Positions 39,105 to 51,902 of a stretch of DNA of 64,000 bases are shown piece after piece (the stretch's first letter is position 1; each line of letters begins with the position of its first letter). This DNA comes from Raja brachyura (taxonomy: Eukaryota). Both the position numbers and the translations under genes were made by a program. Below the pieces are notes generated by a model, which saw nothing but the letters and a program-made list of their open reading frames with translations, was not told the DNA's origin and did no database searches. The DNA lies in assembly GCA_963514005.1 (NCBI GenBank), contig CAUPSL010000234.1:62001-126000 (forward strand), given 5' to 3'.

Positions 39105-39950
39105 CTACAGGTGACTTGGACAGGTTGGGTGAGTGGGCAGATGCATGGCAGATGCAGTTTAATGTGGATAAATGTGAGGTTTTCCACTTTGGTAGCAAAA
39201 ATAGGAAGGCAGATTACTATCTAAATTGGGTGAAGTTAGGAAATGAGGAAGTACAATGGGATCTGGGGGTCCTTGTTCATCAGTCAATGAAAGTAAGCAT
39301 GCAGGTACAGCAGGGAGTGAAGAAAGCAAATGGCATGTTTGCCTTTATAACAAGAGGAGTTGAGTATAGAGCAAATAGGTCCTTCTGCAGTTGTACAGGG
39401 CCCCAGTGGAGATCGCACCTGGAGTATTGTGTGCAGTTTTAGTCCCCTAATTCAAGGAAGGACATTCTTGCTATTGAGGGAGTGCAGCGTAGGTTCATCA
39501 GGTTAATTCCCGGAATGGCGGGACTGACATATGCTGAGAGAATGGAGCGGCTGGGCTTGTACACCCTGGAGTTTAGAAGGATGAGAGGGGATTGCATTGA
39601 AACATATAAGAATATTAAGGGTTTGGACACGCGAGAGGCAAGAAACATGTTCCTGATGCTGGGGGAGTCCAGAACCAGGGGCCACCGTTTAAGAATAAGG
39701 GGCATGTCATTTAGAACAGAGGTGAGGAAACACCTTTTTCTAACAGTTGTGAGTCTGTGGAATTCTCTGCCTCAGAGGGTGGTGGAGGCCAGTTCTCTGG
39801 ATACTTTCAAGAGAGAGTTAGAGCTCTTAAAGATAGCTGAGTCAGGGGATATAGGGAGAAGGCAGGAACGAGGTACTGATTGGGGATGATCAACCATGAT
39901 CATATTGAATGGCGGTGCTGGCTTGAAGGCCTTCTCCTGCACCTATTGTC
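39105..39950 (+). mobile_element. CR1 LINE 3' fragment
   Basis: WADAWQMQFNVDKC...RRMRGD. Confidence 0.9.
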
Positions 39951-40321
39951 CATACAGAACATTCAGGACACAGTGGAAAAAGATAGATTTGGAGAAACTA
40001 ACACAAAGAAGACAGTGAGAAGGGAAGAGAGATCTTCTCCAGATATCGAATGGGACCTGTGGTTTATTCACTGTCCCATTTTTCTTACCACTGCACACAA
40101 AGGCAACTAGAGGAGTGAGAGTAAACACACTGGTGAGCTTCCTCTCTACATGTCCTGTAGAATGAGTTAGAATTACTGATGGAAAGCATTGGCTTAAATT
40201 GCAAAAAGCCAAATCTGAACATAATACATCGCTCAACAGGACTGATCTCAGGGACAGGAATTTGGTGGAAATGTCAGTAAGATTGTTTAATGCTGTAAAT
40301 AAATTAACAGACATGACTCAC

Positions 40322-40624
40322 CCTCTTGATATCTCATGTTGATCCTGTCGCTGAAGCCGGAAGGCGCGTGGGTCACTTCACAAGTATATTCCTGTTTGTT
40401 GATCCATTCCTCCACACGCAACGGCAGGTAAGCAACTGTGTCAAATCCACCTTTAGTTCTCGGAGTGGACGGGAGAACGACGACGCCCGCTTGATTAACT
40501 CCAGCTTTTTTCCAGGAAACTGTAATATTGTCAGGAGAGAATCCGGATATCATGCAGCCCAGGACAGCAGTTGTTTGATTGTGGAGAACCTCCGGAGATG
40601 GAACAAGGGGGATGAGCTGTGGAG
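40322..40624 (-). CDS. IgW: Constant exon C2
   Basis: TTACAG|CT...GAGG|GTGAG, 303 bp. Protein: LGCMISGFSPDNITVSW...YTCEVTH. Confidence 0.93.
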
Positions 40625-41798
40625 CTGTAACATATTTAGTATCTGTTATTACATGATTCCTTCAGCCACAGTGTAGGATTCCACTCTCCCAGCACCTGGG
40701 ACAAGTGCCCCAGTACCAGCCCTCCCCACAATGCTGGTGATATGCCAGTGATGTGTTGATACGGTGGGTCCCACAGTGAGGGGCTGGTCAGAGCTGTGAT
40801 TGGGAGGCTGGGTTAGACCACAGGCCTCCCCAGCAGTGTGGGCCACTCTGCAGTGGTAAGAGTGGAGGTGGGTAAGTGGCGTACAGACCATCCGTGATCT
40901 CAGTGTGAGCTGGAGCAGACACAGGAACAGATGACACAACTGTTTCTACTGGCAGGAGGTTTGGGAATCACAACTTTAAGTTGGCTTCACCTCTACTGTT
41001 GTAACTCGTTTTCATCTAGCTCACAGCTCACAATGGCCTGTCTCCTTTATCACCATTACTTTTTTTCATATCTTTCATCTCTATATAACTGTCTATATCT
41101 CTCTTTTCCCTTTCCCGACTCAGTCTGAAGAAGGGTCTCATCCCAAAACGTCACCAACTCCTTTTCTCCAGCAATGCTGTCTGACCCGCTGATTTACTCC
41201 AGCAGTCTATCTTCGCTTTAAACCAACATCTGCAGTTCCTATCGACACAACTTTAAATTTAATGGGAAAGGAGGTCAAATGGTTGAGAAACTTAGTTTGT
41301 TATGACAGCAATTATTTGATCAGAACTGGAAGGCAGTGGTTAAAAGTGAGAATGGAAGCAGAGTCATGTCATTTCCACAAGGAGATTGGATTTCACTTGG
41401 TGAGGGGTCGGCTGCAGGGTTGAGGTGAAAGTGCAGAAAGAGTGAGGAAGGTTTAAATCTCCACACTGTGCACAGGCACAATAGGTGTGGCTCTGTGCAC
41501 AGCAGCTGATATGCAGGGAGGTGTTTGGGGTGATAGAGAGCTGCAGGGATTAAACAAAGCAGTGGATAGAATGGAGGCAGATCAAGACGAGATGCTTCCT
41601 CCCTGAACCCCACCCCCCACCATTATCTCCTTCCACATAAACTCTCACTGTTTTTTTCCTTGAGCAGCAGCACTCTGGCTCATAGGAGGAGAATGAATGA
41701 GCAAAATAAGTAATTCACTTCCTCCTACATTGTCCGACAAAGGCTTCCACTTCAGATCTATCATTAGCTTTAAATGGACAACAAAATCTCACACTAAC

Positions 41799-42107
41799 CT
41801 TGAGGCTTGTGGAACGTCGTTAACACCATGTTGTCCGGCTTGTATCCTGCCTTGCAGTAGTAGACGTTATTCCTGTTCCAATCTGCCACAGGGACTCGCA
41901 GCAAGCTGCTCATTGTGTACTTGTTGTTTTGTCCCAACACTGGTGGGTACTTTGTGATTCCAGTGGTGATGTCCCCACTGCTGGTGGACCATGTCTGACT
42001 GATGATCTGAGGCTGGTAGTCCTTGACCAGACAGAGGATGCTGATCTCTTGGCCAGATTCTGTGTTGCAGGAAGAGGTGATGTGGACTGAAGGCAAGGTC
42101 TTAATAT
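41799..42107 (-). CDS. IgW: Constant exon C1
   Basis: TTTCAG|AT...CAAG|GTTAG, 309 bp. Protein: DIKTLPSVHITSSC...ILCLVKDY...TW...YYCKAGY. The N-terminal Cys is suited to light-chain linkage. Confidence 0.93.
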
Positions 42108-43194
42108 CTGAAATGTAAATAAAGTAACAGTTGGTTCTGTAGTAAATGGATTATTACCAGCGCATGCAACAGGTTCATGCTGATTGCTGAGTAAATGCAG
42201 CTGATTCAGGCTGAGAGAAGGCCAGGCAAGGCAGAGAAATGGTTCCTTGACCAATGCCTTTCACACCCTGCATGACCAAGCAGTGAAATGCTGATCTCAC
42301 ACTGGTGAAGCAACTTCTGCCAACCAGAGGGACAAACAGGCCTGTGCTGTGGGTGATGAAGCACACGGTACAGTGCCAGATGGACCATATCCACAACCAC
42401 CGGGCCAAATGGTGCTGGATCTGGCCTGTTGTGGATCTTCCTCAACGCTGGGCCCCGGGGAGTGTTGTACAACTAAGGGATCTTGGAGTACAAGTACACA
42501 GATCCCAGGAAGCATTGTCAGGTAAATAGGTTGGAAATAAAAGCTCTTCATGAGTCAGGGAATTGATATACAGTAACCCCTCATTTTAACGGACCCCTTT
42601 ATTACAGATTTTGGATATAGCGGACGGACCTGCCGATACCATCCTGCCATGCATGGATCTTGACCGCTTAGAGCCCCGGCTTCCAACTCCACCCCTGACT
42701 CGCAAGTGAGCCCTTCTCCACCCACCACCATATGGTCCGTGATGCTGCTGTTGTTGCGGTTCACGGCGCCCCCGAGATGAACGCTTTCTTCAAGCTGCCG
42801 TCCTCGACAGGACGTGCTTGGTCACCATGAGGCTTCCTCCCCTCCCACCTGCTGCTGCTCCAACCTGCCTGCTCTTCACTTTGTCCACTTCCTGCTTGAC
42901 CACCATCTCCCCCTCGTCCTCCCCTCGCTGTGTCCACTCGGCCTCTTCCCCCTCCCCCCCGGCATCTCCTCCTCCCTGGAGTCACCAACATATTGCACCT
43001 AGGAAGCAGCAGCTGGTGAGAGGAGAGAGTGCCCCATGGTGACCGTGCACCCTGTCAGTGGCAGCAGCCTGAGGAAAGCACTGCCAGCCAGAGGCTACAA
43101 TGTGAGCCACAACCAAAGCCCTGTCACCGGACCGTGCGGTGGATGAAGAAGGACGCGCTGGTGCAGAGCACAGGCATTGACGCCTGGTTTTAAA

Positions 43195-45168
43195 GTGAAA
43201 TGACACAAATTAGCCAGAATAAGCAACCTACCAGAGGACTGGGAGAAATTCAGAGTCCAGCAGAGGAGGACAAAGGGCATAATTAGGAAAGGGAAAATAG
43301 ATTATGAAAGAAAAATGGCAGGGAACATAAAAACTGACTGCAAAGGTTTTTATAGATATGTGAAGAGAAAAATAATAATTAAAACAAATGTAGGTCGCTT
43401 GCAGTCAGAATCAGGTGAATTGACCATGGGGAACATGGACATGGCAGACCAGTTGAATAACAACTTTGGTTCTGTCTTCACTAAGGAAAACATAAATAAT
43501 CTGCCGGAATAGCAGGGGACCGGGGGTCAAATAAGATGGAGGAACTGAGTGAAATCCAGGTTAGCCGGGAAGTGGTATTGGGTAAATTGAAAGGATTAAA
43601 GGCCAATAAATCCCCAGGGACAGATAGGCTGCATCCCAGAGTACTCAAGGAAGTAGCTACAGAAATAGTGGATGCATTAGTGATAAATTTTTCTAAACTG
43701 TTTAGATTCTGGAGTAGTTCCTGAGGATTGGAGGGTAGCTAAAAAATGGAGGGAGAGAGAAAACAGGGAATTACAGACCAGTTAGTCTAACATCGGTCGT
43801 GGGGAAAATGCTAGTCAGTTATTAAAGATGGGGTATCAGCACCTTTGGAAAGTGGTGAAATCATTGGACAAAGTCAGCATGGATTTACGAAAGGTAAATC
43901 ATGTCTGATGAATCTTATAGAATTTTTCGAGGATGTAACTAGTAGAGTAGATAAGGGAGAACCAGTGGATGTGTTATATCTGGACTTTCAGAAGACTTTC
44001 GACAAGGTCCCGCATAAGAGATTAGTATACAAACTTAAAGCACATGGTATTAGGGGTTCAGTATTGATGTGGATCGAGAACTGGCTGGCAGACAGGAAGC
44101 AAAGGGTAGGAGTAAATGGGTCCTTTTCAGAATGACAGGCAGTGACTAGTGGTGTACCGCAAGGCTCAGTGCTGGGACCCCAGCTATTTACAATATATAT
44201 TAACGATGGTGGACAAGGGAATTAAATGCAACATCTGCAAGTTTGCGGATGACACGAAGCTGGGGGGCAGTGTTAGGTGTGAGGAGGATGCTAGGAGGCT
44301 GCAAGGTGACTTCGATAGGCTGGGTGAGTGGGCAAATGCATGGCAGATGCAGTATAATGTGGATAAATGTGAGGTTATCCACTTTGGTGGCAAAAACAGG
44401 AGGGTATACTATTATCTGAATGGTGGCCGATTAGGAAAAGGGGAGATGCAACGAGACCTGGGTGTCATGGTACACCAGTCATTGAAAGTAGGCATGCAGG
44501 TGCAGCAGGCAGTGAAGAAAGCGAATGGTATGTTAGCATTCATAGCAAAAGGATATGAATATAGGAGCAGGGAGGTTCTACTGAAGTTGTACAGGGGTTT
44601 GGTGAGACCACACCTGGAGTATTGCGTACAGTTTTGGTCTCCAAATCTGAGGAAAGACATTCTTGCCATGGAGGGGGTACAGAGAAATTTCACCAGACTG
44701 ATTCCTGGGATGTCAGGACTTTCATATGAGGAAAGACTGGATAGACTCGGCTTGTACTCGGTAGAATTTAGAAGATTGAGGGGGGATCTTATAGAAACGT
44801 ACAAAATTCTTAGGGGGTTGGACAGGCTAGATGCACGAAGATTGTTCCCGATGTTGGGGAAGTCCAGAACAAGGGGTCACAGTTTAAGGATAAGGGGGAA
44901 GTCTTTTAGGACCGAGATGAGAAAAACATTTTTCACACAGAGAGTGGTGAGTCTCTGGAATTCTCTGCCAGAAGGTAGTTGAGGCCAGTTCATTGGCTAT
45001 ATTTAAGAGGGAGCTAGATGTGGCCCTTGTGGCTAAAGGGATCAGGGGGTATGGAGAGAAGTCATGTACAGGATACTGAGTTGAATGATCAGCCATGATT
45101 ATATTGAATGGCGGTGCACGCTCGAAGGGCCGAATGGCCTACTCCTGCACCTATTTTCTATGTTTCTA
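43195..45168 (+). mobile_element. CR1 LINE ORF2 (RT), decayed
   Basis: QHGFTKGKSC, LDFQK, FADD, RPHLEY motifs. Confidence 0.93.
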
Positions 45169-46348
45169 AGTGTTTGAGTAATCCAGCAGACTGAATCAGT
45201 CTGAAGAAGAGTTCCCACCTCACCTACCAATATTCTCCAGAGACGCTCCATGACCAGTTGAGTTACTCCAGCACTTTGTGTCTTTGTGTATTAACCAGCA
45301 TCTGCATTCTTTGTTTCAACTACATACATGGGTAATACCTTACTCGTTTAAAGCAGACATTGGGCAATAACGGATACTATCCCCCCCACACCATGGTCCG
45401 TTAAAACTTGAGTTCAGAAGTTGGATGTTAAACTAGAGAGTTACAAGAAATCGGTGAGGCTGAATTGGGAATACAATGTTGAGTTTTCATCAAGCTACTC
45501 TAGGAAAGATATCATTAGGCTAGAAGAGTGGTGAGAAGATTTACAAGAATGTTGCCGGGACTCGCGGGCCTGAGCTGGAGGAAAAAGTAGGGCAGGCTCG
45601 GACTTTACTCCTTTATACCTCCAGAAGGCAGAAGAGTGATCCTATAAAGGTGTATAAAACCATGAGGGGAATAGATAGGGTGAATGCAGTCTTTTACACA
45701 GGATAGTGGAATCACGATATAGGTGTAAGATGAGAGGAACAAGATTTAACGGGAATGTGTGGGGAACATTCTCATACACAGGGTGGTGGGTATATGGAAC
45801 AGGCTGCCAGAGGAAACAGTTGAGGCAGGTACAATAACAGCATTTAAAAGACACATGGTCAGATACATGGATAGGAAAGGATTAGAGGACATGAGGTAAA
45901 CATGGGTAAGTGGGACTAGCATACATGGGGCATCAGGCTGCCTTGCACGAGCTGAGCTGAGGGGCCTGTTTTTGTGCTGTATGACTCTATGTCTCCGAGT
46001 TATTAATGGGCTGGGAAATGCTTTGAGATGTCCTGGGGTTGTGGAAACCTTCAACAAAATAAAAAACCATCAAATAAAAGTGGAAATAGTGTGGTTGTCA
46101 TAAACTGTACTGAAAGAGTTTGATGAAACAGCACTGTAGTAAAAGGGTGATTCTGCTTCTCACCCCACATATGCTGCCCGAGCTGCCGAGTGTTTCGTGC
46201 AGGAGGCTCAATAATGTCAGGCGGCGAGATTTGTAGCTCACAGTGTTTTCCATCCCGGGATCAGCAGGTGGTGAGTGCAGTTTAATTTGGATCAATGTTC
46301 CTAATGTGATCAGGAGGTGGGTCAGAGACTGGAAAACACATCATACTG

Positions 46349-48582
46349 GCAGCTGGGTGCTGGGGTGAGGAGCTGGTGCAGGAGCTGGGTGCTGGGGGCG
46401 GGGAGCTGGGTGCTGGGGGCGGGGAGCTGGGTGCTGGGGGCGGGGAGCTGGGTGCTGGGGGCGGGGAGCTGGGTGCTGGGGGCGGGGAGCTGGGTGCTGG
46501 GGGCGGGGAGCTGGGTGCTGGGGGCGGGGAGCTGGGTGCTGGGGGCGGGGAGCTGGGTGCTGGGGGCGGGGAGCTGGGTGCTGGGGGCGGGGAGCTGGGT
46601 GCTGGGGGCGGGGAGCTGGGTGCTGGGGGCGGGGAGCTGGGTGCTGGGGGCGGGGAGCTGGGTGCTGGGGGCGGGGAGCTGGGTGCTGGGGGCGGGGAGC
46701 TGGGTGCTGGGGGCGGGGAGCTGGGTGCTGGGGGCGGGGAGCTGGGTGCTGGGGGCGGGGAGCTGGGTGCTGGGGGCGGGGAGCTGGGTGCTGGGGGCGG
46801 GGAGCTGGGTGCTGGGGGCGGGGAGCTGGGTGCTGGGGGCGGGGAGCTGGGTGCTGGGGGCGGGGAGCTGGGTGCTGGGGGCGGGGAGCTGGGTGCTGGG
46901 GGCGGGGAGCTGGGTGCTGGGGGCGGGGAGCTGGGTGCTGGGGGCGGGGAGCTGGGTGCTGGGGGCGGGGAGCTGGGTGCTGGGGGCGGGGAGCTGGGTG
47001 CTGGGGGCGGGGAGCTGGGTGCTGGGGGCGGGGAGCTGGGTGCTGGGGGCGGGGAGCTGGGTGCTGGGGGCGGGGAGCTGGGTGCTGGGGGCGGGGAGCT
47101 GGGTGCTGGGGGCGGGGAGCTGGGTGCTGGGGGCGGGGAGCTGGGTGCTGGGGGCGGGGAGCTGGGTGCTGGGGGCGGGGAGCTGGGTGCTGGGGGCGGG
47201 GAGCTGGGTGCTGGGGGCGGGGAGCTGGGTGCTGGGGCGGGGAGCTGGGTGCTGGGGCGGGGAGCTGGGTGCTGGGGCGGGGAGCTGGGTGCTGGGGCGG
47301 GGAGCTGGGTGCTGGGGCGGGGAGCTGGGTGCTGGGGCGGGGAGCTGGGTGCTGGGGCGGGGAGCTGGGTGCTGGGGCGGGGAGCTGGGTGCTGGGGCGG
47401 GGAGCTGGGTGCTGGGGCGGGGAGCTGGGTGCTGGGGCGGGGAGCTGGGTGCTGGGGCGGGGAGCTGGGTGCTGGGGCGGGGAGCTGGGTGCTGGGGCGG
47501 GGAGCTGGGTGCTGGGGCGGGGAGCTGGGTGCTGGGGCGAGGAGCTGGGTGCTGGGGCGAGGAGCTGGGTGCTGGGGCGAGGAGCTGGGTGCTGGGGCGA
47601 GGAGCTGGGTGCTGGGGCGAGGAGCTGGGTGCTGGGGCGAGGAGCTGGGTGCTGGGGCGAGGAGCTGGGTGCTGGGGCGAGGAGCTGGGTGCTGGGGCGA
47701 GGAGCTGGGTGCTGGGGCGAGGAGCTGGGTGCTGGGGCGAGGAGCTGGGTGCTGGGGCGAGGAGCTGGGTGCTGGGGCGAGGAGCTGGGTGCTGGGGCGA
47801 GGAGCTGGGTGCTGGGGCGAGGAGCTGGGTGCTGGGGCGAGGAGCTGGGTGCTGGGGCGAGGAGCTGGGTGCTGGGGCGAGGAGCTGGGTGCTGGGGCGA
47901 GGAGCTGGGTGCTGGGGCGAGGAGCTGGGTGCTGGGGCGAGGAGCTGGGTGCTGGGGCGAGGAGCTGGGTGCTGGGGCGAGGAGCTGGGTGCTGGGGCGA
48001 GGAGCTGGGTGCTGGGGCGAGGAGCTGGGTGCTGGGGCGAGGAGCTGGGTGCTGGGGCGAGGAGCTGGGTGCTGGGGCGAGGAGCTGGGTGCTGGGGCGA
48101 GGAGCTGGGTGCTGGGGCGAGGAGCTGGGTGCTGGGGCGAGGAGCTGGGTGCTGGGGCGAGGAGCTGGGTGCTGGGGCGAGGAGCTGGGTGCTGGGGCGA
48201 GGAGCTGGGTGCTGGGGCGAGGAGCTGGGTGCTGGGGCGAGGAGCTGGGTGCTGGGGCGAGGAGCTGGGTGCTGGGGCGAGGAGCTGGGTGCTGGGGCGA
48301 GGAGCTGGGTGCTGGGGCGAGGAGCTGGGTGCTGGGGCGAGGAGCTGGGTGCTGGGGCGAGGAGCTGGGTGCTGGGGCGAGGAGCTGGGTGCTGGGGCGA
48401 GGAGCTGGGTGCTGGGGCGAGGAGCTGGGTGCTGGGGCGAGGAGCTGGGTGCTGGGGCGAGGAGCTGGGTGCTGGGGCGAGGAGCTGGGTTCTGGGGCGA
48501 GGAGCTGGGTTCTGGGGCGAGGAGTTGGGTTCTGGGGCGAGGAGCTGGGTGCTGGGGTGAGGAGCTGGGTGCTGGGGTGAGG
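46349..48582 (+). repeat. G-rich GAGCT-containing tandem array (20/21-bp units, ~108 copies) in the J-C intron
   Basis: 40 x GGAGCTGGGTGCTGGGGGCGG (46381-47220), 15 x GGAGCTGGGTGCTGGGGCGG (47221-47520), 48 x GGAGCTGGGTGCTGGGGCGA (47521-48480), 5 variant units to 48580, plus degenerate units at the left end. Confidence 0.98.
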
Positions 48583-49508
48583 AACGGCAATAAACTGCCC
48601 GTCTGGGTTGCCATCCTGGGGGCATTTAGTGCCAATTGCGTTGCTGTGTCAGGGGTCAGAAATAGGCTCGACTGGGTAAGGACAACAAATCTCCTCCGCT
48701 GAGGGACAGCAGGAAAACTGAAAAGTTATCATTACTGTGGATTAGTGCACAAAATCCAGGTTACTAACAAAAGAAAATCTGACACAGGTCCAATCTGTCC
48801 CAGATTATGAACAGTTTAAATTCCACAGCTGTTGCGGAATTAAACTGGGGTCTGATTGCAGCCTGATGCCCGTCCATTGGATCACTGGATCTGTGGCGTC
48901 TCGGACAACATTCCCCCCTCACCAGCGGTTTGCCGATTCTGCTGTGTGCAGAGTGGATCCACAGTCCCTCCTTTACAACACGGCTCTATTGTGAACATGC
49001 CTCACTGCCCGTGAAGCGCTCGGGGACACCATGAAAGGTGCTCTGTGAATGACCACTGAGATTCACTGAGACACCAGCAGCCCTGGTTAATGGAGCAAAG
49101 CACTTGTTGGACAAACCCAGTCGGTTTGTCAGTCGTGCAGCAAAACCCACGTCAAAAACAGCAAGCAACTCGACTCAGAATCTAAACTACGCGCATCAGT
49201 GAATTCACAATGAAGAATAAAAGGAATCGACTTACTAAGGATCTCTAAATGTTGAAATTCAATACAAGACGCAAAGAAAACCTGGTGGACTAAAACCCAC
49301 ATCTAGAACCATGTACAACATTCTCTCATTATGTTCAAATCATTCGTTATTGTGAACCTTTGTTTTTGAACCAAACAGCATCAATTTGTTTTACAATCTA
49401 GAGAATGTTCTGTGTTCTGAAGCATTTACACAAGGAGTGTTTGACAGAGCAATGCAGAGGGAGCTTGACTCTGTGTCAAACACTCTGTCCCTGCACTGGG
49501 AGTATGTA

Positions 49509-49680
49509 ACAGTGTAGAGGGAACTTCACTCAGTGTCTAACCCGTACCCTGGGTGTGTGTGGGGACAGTGTAGAGGGAACTTCACTCGGTGACTAACCCG
49601 TACCCTGGGTGTGTGTGGGGACAGTGTAGAGGGAACTTCACTCAGTGACTAACCCGTACCCTGGGTGTGTGTGGGGACAG
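49509..49680 (+). repeat. 56-bp minisatellite (3 near-perfect copies, degenerate flanking copies ~49440-49850)
   Basis: ACAGTGTAGAGGGAACTTCACTC...GGGTGTGTGTGGGG starts at 49509, 49565 and 49621. Confidence 0.85.
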
Positions 49681-49899
49681 GTTGGAGGGAGCCTCACTCC
49701 TTGTCTAACCTGTGCTGTCCCTTCCCTGGGAGCGTTGGGACAGGACAGATGGAACTTTGTGTCTAATCTGTAGCTGACAGCACAGTGACACAGGGAGATT
49801 TATTCAGCATTTGACTCGTGCTCTGTCTGCCCTGGGTGTGTTTGATGGGATCGCTTTGCGGGAGGAGGTACTGGAGTCATAACGTCATAGATTAATAGT

Positions 49900-51200
49900 G
49901 TGGAAACGGGCAGATTAATCTCCAAAAGACTGGAGTGTGGCTGATACTGACACGTAATTGAAGGACATTAGGGCCAAGCCAGGGATCTACACCAGTGAGC
50001 CTGACGTCATTGCTGGGAATGTCCTTAGGGACAGGTACTACCAGTATTTGGATAGGCACGGACTGATTAGGGATAGTCCTAAGTTTACAAGATCTAGATC
50101 ACTTGGGAGGGTGGGCCAAGGATTAGGGACAGCATGGCTTGTGTTGGGGAAATTGTGCGTCATGAACCTGAAAGGGTTCAACAAGGTCTGGCATGGTGGG
50201 CTGGCGTGGAAGGTTAGATCACATGATACCCAACACGAGTTAAATTAGCTTGGAGGATGTGGACTGCTGCAGGGGTCAGTGCTGAGACCACTGCTGTTGG
50301 TTATCTACATTAACAGTTTGCCATACAATATAGTGGACATTGATAGTAAGTTTGCAGATGACACCAAAATCAGTGCATGAGCGGACAGTGAGAAGGATAA
50401 GTTTACAAGAAGATCTAGATCAGTTGGGAAGGGGAGCCAAGGAATGCCAAATGTAATTTAACTCTGACAAGTGAGTGGGTATTGAACTTTGGTAGATCAA
50501 GCCAGGACTGGACTTCCACAGTAAATGGTAGAGCCTGGAGAGTGTTGTAGAACGGACAGATGTGGAAATCCAGGGGCATGGTTCGCTGAGAGTGGCGAGT
50601 TAGGTGGACAGGGAGCTGGGGTGGCTTTTGGCAGACTGCCTTAAATGGGAAGGGTACCGAGTATAAAAGTTGGGACATGATGATGCAGCTGTACAAGTCA
50701 TTGGTGAGACCACGCTTGGAGTAAGTACTGTGCAGTTCTGGTCACCCAGCTACAGGATGGCATTATATTGGAAAGGATTTAGAAAAATTTCACCAAGATA
50801 TTGACTGGACATGTGGGGTTCTGTTTTAGGGAGAGGGAGGATAAGGTGTTTTTTTTCATCTTTGGAGCAAAGGACTAGGCGGCAACCTTATTGATGTGAA
50901 CAAGATCATGAGGGCATGGATAAGGTCATGCTCACAGGCTTTTTCCCAGGATAGAGGTTTCTAAAACAAGAGGGCACAGGCGTAAGGTGAGTGGGGAGAG
51001 ATTTAAAAGGGGACTTCAGGGGCATTTTTATTCACATCGGGTCGCCAGTATCTGGAATCAGTTGCCAGAGGAAACTATAAAAGCAGATAGAATTACGATT
51101 GTCAAAAAAATCCGTTATATGGATGAGAAGGATATGTGGCCAATGGGACGAGCCCAGAAAGCCAGCCTGGTCAGCATGCACAAGATGGACTGAAGGCAGA
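49900..51200 (+). mobile_element. Old, highly decayed CR1 fragment
   Basis: Residual FADDTKI and VRP.LE motifs. Confidence 0.65.
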
Positions 51201-51424
51201 TGATGGCGAGACTCGGGGAAAGAACAGCCTGTGGGGCAGTTCAACGCTGTGGGGAATGTACTGTTGCTGGGTAGATTCTAACTCTGGAGAAGCCCGCCTG
51301 TCTCCGGGAAATACGTGCAATTGTTCCAAATATCTCACCGAGTTCAGGTCAATGACAGAATTCGCAAATACCATAAATTAATAAAACACATCTGGGTAAA
51401 ATGGAATTGAGGAATTGGTCTTAC

Positions 51425-51472
51425 CTGAAGTCACTGTCAGTGAGGTTCCTGCACCCCAGTATTCAAGATAGT
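51425..51472 (-). CDS. IgW: JH segment (YLEYWGAGTSLTVTS)
   Basis: WGxG motif and phase-1 donor TCAG|GTAAG. Confidence 0.95.
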
Positions 51473-51511
51473 CACACTGCTCCATCTCCCCAGTCAGTCA
51501 GTACAATAACT
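51473..51511 (+). promoter_or_regulatory. JH 5' RSS, 23-bp spacer
   Basis: CACACTG-23 bp-ACAATAACT abutting the J coding end. Confidence 0.85.
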
Positions 51512-51837
51512 CCACTCGCCCTCCACATCCAATAATCTCAGCAAAGTGTCAACGCGAACTCTGGCCGGACCAGGAGCAGCCGCTTCCTGCATTTCCATCC
51601 CAATCTCTATCCTTGTTCAACGTCTGGTGTGAATAAAAGAGGCATTTTTGCCGCCTGCTGCCACCGGCTCTGGCCGCCCCTCACAAACATAATCGCCTCC
51701 TTTCGGGCTTTTAACCGGCCAGAAATGGACATTTCTTCCCTGCAGTGCGAGCCAGGCTTCAGGGATTTGACTCTGGCAAGCAGCAATGCACAATGGGTGG
51801 AGACAGACTGCGCTGCGGACGCTCATTTGTCGGGGGC

Positions 51838-51902
51838 AGTTTTTGTTCAGCTCTCCGCCGCCGTGGGCCAGTATCACGGTGATTCACCGCCGCTCACAAA
51901 CT
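51838..51902 (-). other. DH2 segment (coding 51866-51874, ATACTGGCC) with 12-RSS on both sides
   Basis: Plus strand reads AGTTTTTGT-12-CGCCGTG-[9 bp]-CACGGTG-12-TCACAAACT. Confidence 0.88.

Noticed and set aside
42569-45415. Tigger/pogo-like element with TA|CAGTAACCCC terminus split by CR1
   Set aside because: Only about 11 bp of a matching right end (GTCCGTTAAAA) was found, with no transposase remnant. Too weak to call.
46317-48702. Long ORFs (477-767 aa) on both strands
   Set aside because: They are by-products of a stop-free 20/21-bp tandem repeat, open in several frames on both strands, with no evidence of a protein gene.
49509-49680. 56-bp repeats as a CRISPR-like or RSS array
   Set aside because: There are no unique spacers and no heptamer-spacer-nonamer arrangement. 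It is an ordinary minisatellite.
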